From Bacteroidia bacterium (lineage in GTDB: Bacteria; Bacteroidota; Bacteroidia; Bacteroidales; CAJPTX01), in NCBI GenBank assembly GCA_013333835.2, contig JABCOB020000045.1, positions 1 to 27,554 on the forward strand: DNA of 27,554 nt. The letters are read 5' to 3'. Both the position numbers and the translations under genes were made by a program. Each line of letters begins with the position of its first letter. Position 1 is the stretch's first letter. Below, piece by piece: positions 26,535 to 27,554 of the stretch. Under the pieces are notes generated by a model, which saw only the letters and a list, made by a program, of their open reading frames with translations, was not told where the DNA came from and made no database searches.

Positions 26535-26617
26535 GTTTGTCGCGACGTGGCGTGCCGCGTCGCGCCCCTAAACACCGCGTCGCGATACTAAGCATACCGC
26601 ATCGCGATTCTAAAATA
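26535..26617. repeat. Degenerate 20-22 bp repeat array built around TCGCG, including one inverted unit
   Basis: Units at 26555 ccgcgtcgcg-ccc-ctaa-aca, 26575 ccgcgtcgcg-ata-ctaa-gcata and 26597 ccgcatcgcg-att-ctaa-aata. An inverted unit at 26541-26550 (cgcgacgtgg) pairs with the first. Confidence 0.7.
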
Positions 26618-26691
26618 GGGCTAGTTATTAATCCATTAAACGTACACACTTCCGCCCATACAAGACCAATCTTACGATTTTAGTCAAATAA

Positions 26692-26724
26692 TTTGCGATA
26701 TTGGGCAAAATCTTTCTACTTTTG
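26692..26724 (+). promoter_or_regulatory. Bacteroidota housekeeping promoter for Hpt-STAS
   Basis: TTTG (26692-26695), 21-nt spacer, TACTTTTG (26717-26724); ATG at 26743. Confidence 0.82.
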
Positions 26725-26742
26725 CATAGTTTTTAAAACGAT

Positions 26743-27117
26743 ATGGGCTACAGGTATCTAAATGCGGACTGGGTGGCGATGATGTCGCAGGACGCCCGTG
26801 AATTGCTGCAGGATCTCTACAACCTTTTCGCCGAGCAGTGCGGGCGGTTGTCAGAGTTCTTGGCGCAAATCCCCAAGAACCCACCCGTAGACTCCCAAGC
26901 GGCAAACGCCCTGGCCGACCTCCTGCACAAAACAAGGGGAAGCGCCAGCTCGCTGGGCATACTGCACATACCCGATGCCATGCGAGCCCTGGAGGCCGAG
27001 GTGCGTAGCGGGGCAGCGTGGGATTCGGTAGAGAGCACCCTGCGCACTCTGCACAGCCAGCTGAACGAGGCGCTGGGGGAATTCCGCTCCTACATCGAAG
27101 CGCAGGATGGCAGGTAG
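26743..27117 (+). CDS. Stand-alone histidine phosphotransfer (Hpt) domain protein
   Basis: All-helical, with D..ELL..LY.LF and LLHKTRGSASSLG (HxxK/RGS motif, His62), then ALE. Confidence 0.88.
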   Translation: MGYRYLNADWVAMMSQDARELLQDLYNLFAEQCGRLSEFLAQIPKNPPVDSQAANALADLLHKTRGSASSLGILHIPDAMRALEAEVRSGAAWDSVESTLRTLHSQLNEALGEFRSYIEAQDGR

Positions 27118-27174
27118 CCTAGGCTCTTTGGATTAGAACAACTCATTAGCAATAACCTAATTAACGAACGCATC

Positions 27175-27483
27175 ATGCTTCAAATCAGCAACACCGGCGG
27201 TGCAACCCAAGTGGCCTTTGAGCCTAAGAGCAAGCTCAACATCGCGAATGTGGGCCAAGTGAAATCTGAGCTTCTCGCCACCGTGCGCGGGGAGAATGGT
27301 TCACTGATAGTGGATCTCTCTAACCTCGACTATGTGGATTCGTCTGGAATCGGCGCCTTCCTCTCCCTCCTACGGGCCTGCCGAGAACACTCATGGAAGC
27401 TCACGTTCAGGCATCCTCAGCAGGGGGTGATGGACCTCTTCAACCTGCTGCAGCTACAGTCTATATTCACCATAGAGCGGTAG
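27175..27483 (+). CDS. STAS-domain anti-sigma factor antagonist (RsbV/SpoIIAA-like)
   Basis: LIVDLSNLDYVDSSGIGAFL containing the phosphorylatable Ser; 102 aa; ends LQSIFTI. Confidence 0.93.
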   Translation: MLQISNTGGATQVAFEPKSKLNIANVGQVKSELLATVRGENGSLIVDLSNLDYVDSSGIGAFLSLLRACREHSWKLTFRHPQQGVMDLFNLLQLQSIFTIER

Positions 27484-27554
27484 CGAGCAGGGCGTAAGCA
27501 TACGCGCACAGCGAGATGATTCCCTAGGCTAACCCTAGGCTCTCGCGCAAGACA

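Noticed and set aside
26535..26617. Repeat array as a CRISPR
   Set aside because: Period is only 20-22 bp, with no spacers, leader or cas genes.
344..27054. Many short antisense or overlapping ORFs in the track, such as 2851..3597, 12179..12691, 15187..15636 and 25098..25412
   Set aside because: Shadow frames of well-supported genes, with no motifs of their own.

Overview
Core-genome window from a Bacteroidota bacterium, probably Bacteroidales-like (inferred from the TAnnTTTG promoters, the long S16 and the dcw gene order). Positions 1-14325 (minus strand) hold the dcw cluster: mraZ-rsmH-ftsL-ftsI-murE-mraY-murD-ftsW-murG-murC-ftsQ, then a 3'-truncated and strongly diverged ftsA that the ORF track missed. 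Divergent from it is rpsP-rimM-yraN-rpiB with a terminator. A convergent minus-strand run follows: small lipoprotein-gpsA-pgi-tamB, with tamB split by a one-base frameshift. The right end is accessory-like. It has a C-terminal remnant of a HindVP-family restriction endonuclease, an intact M.HindV/M.HgiDI-like C5 methyltransferase, a degenerate 20-22 bp repeat array, and a promoter-driven Hpt + STAS pair. I found no rRNA, tRNA, CRISPR array or transposase. I cannot support a wholly new multi-gene system. The best leads are the FtsA with degenerate nucleotide-binding motifs, a possible second MraZ operator before mraY, the decayed RM locus, and the repeat array/Hpt-STAS module. Family assignments come from remembered motifs, not database searches.
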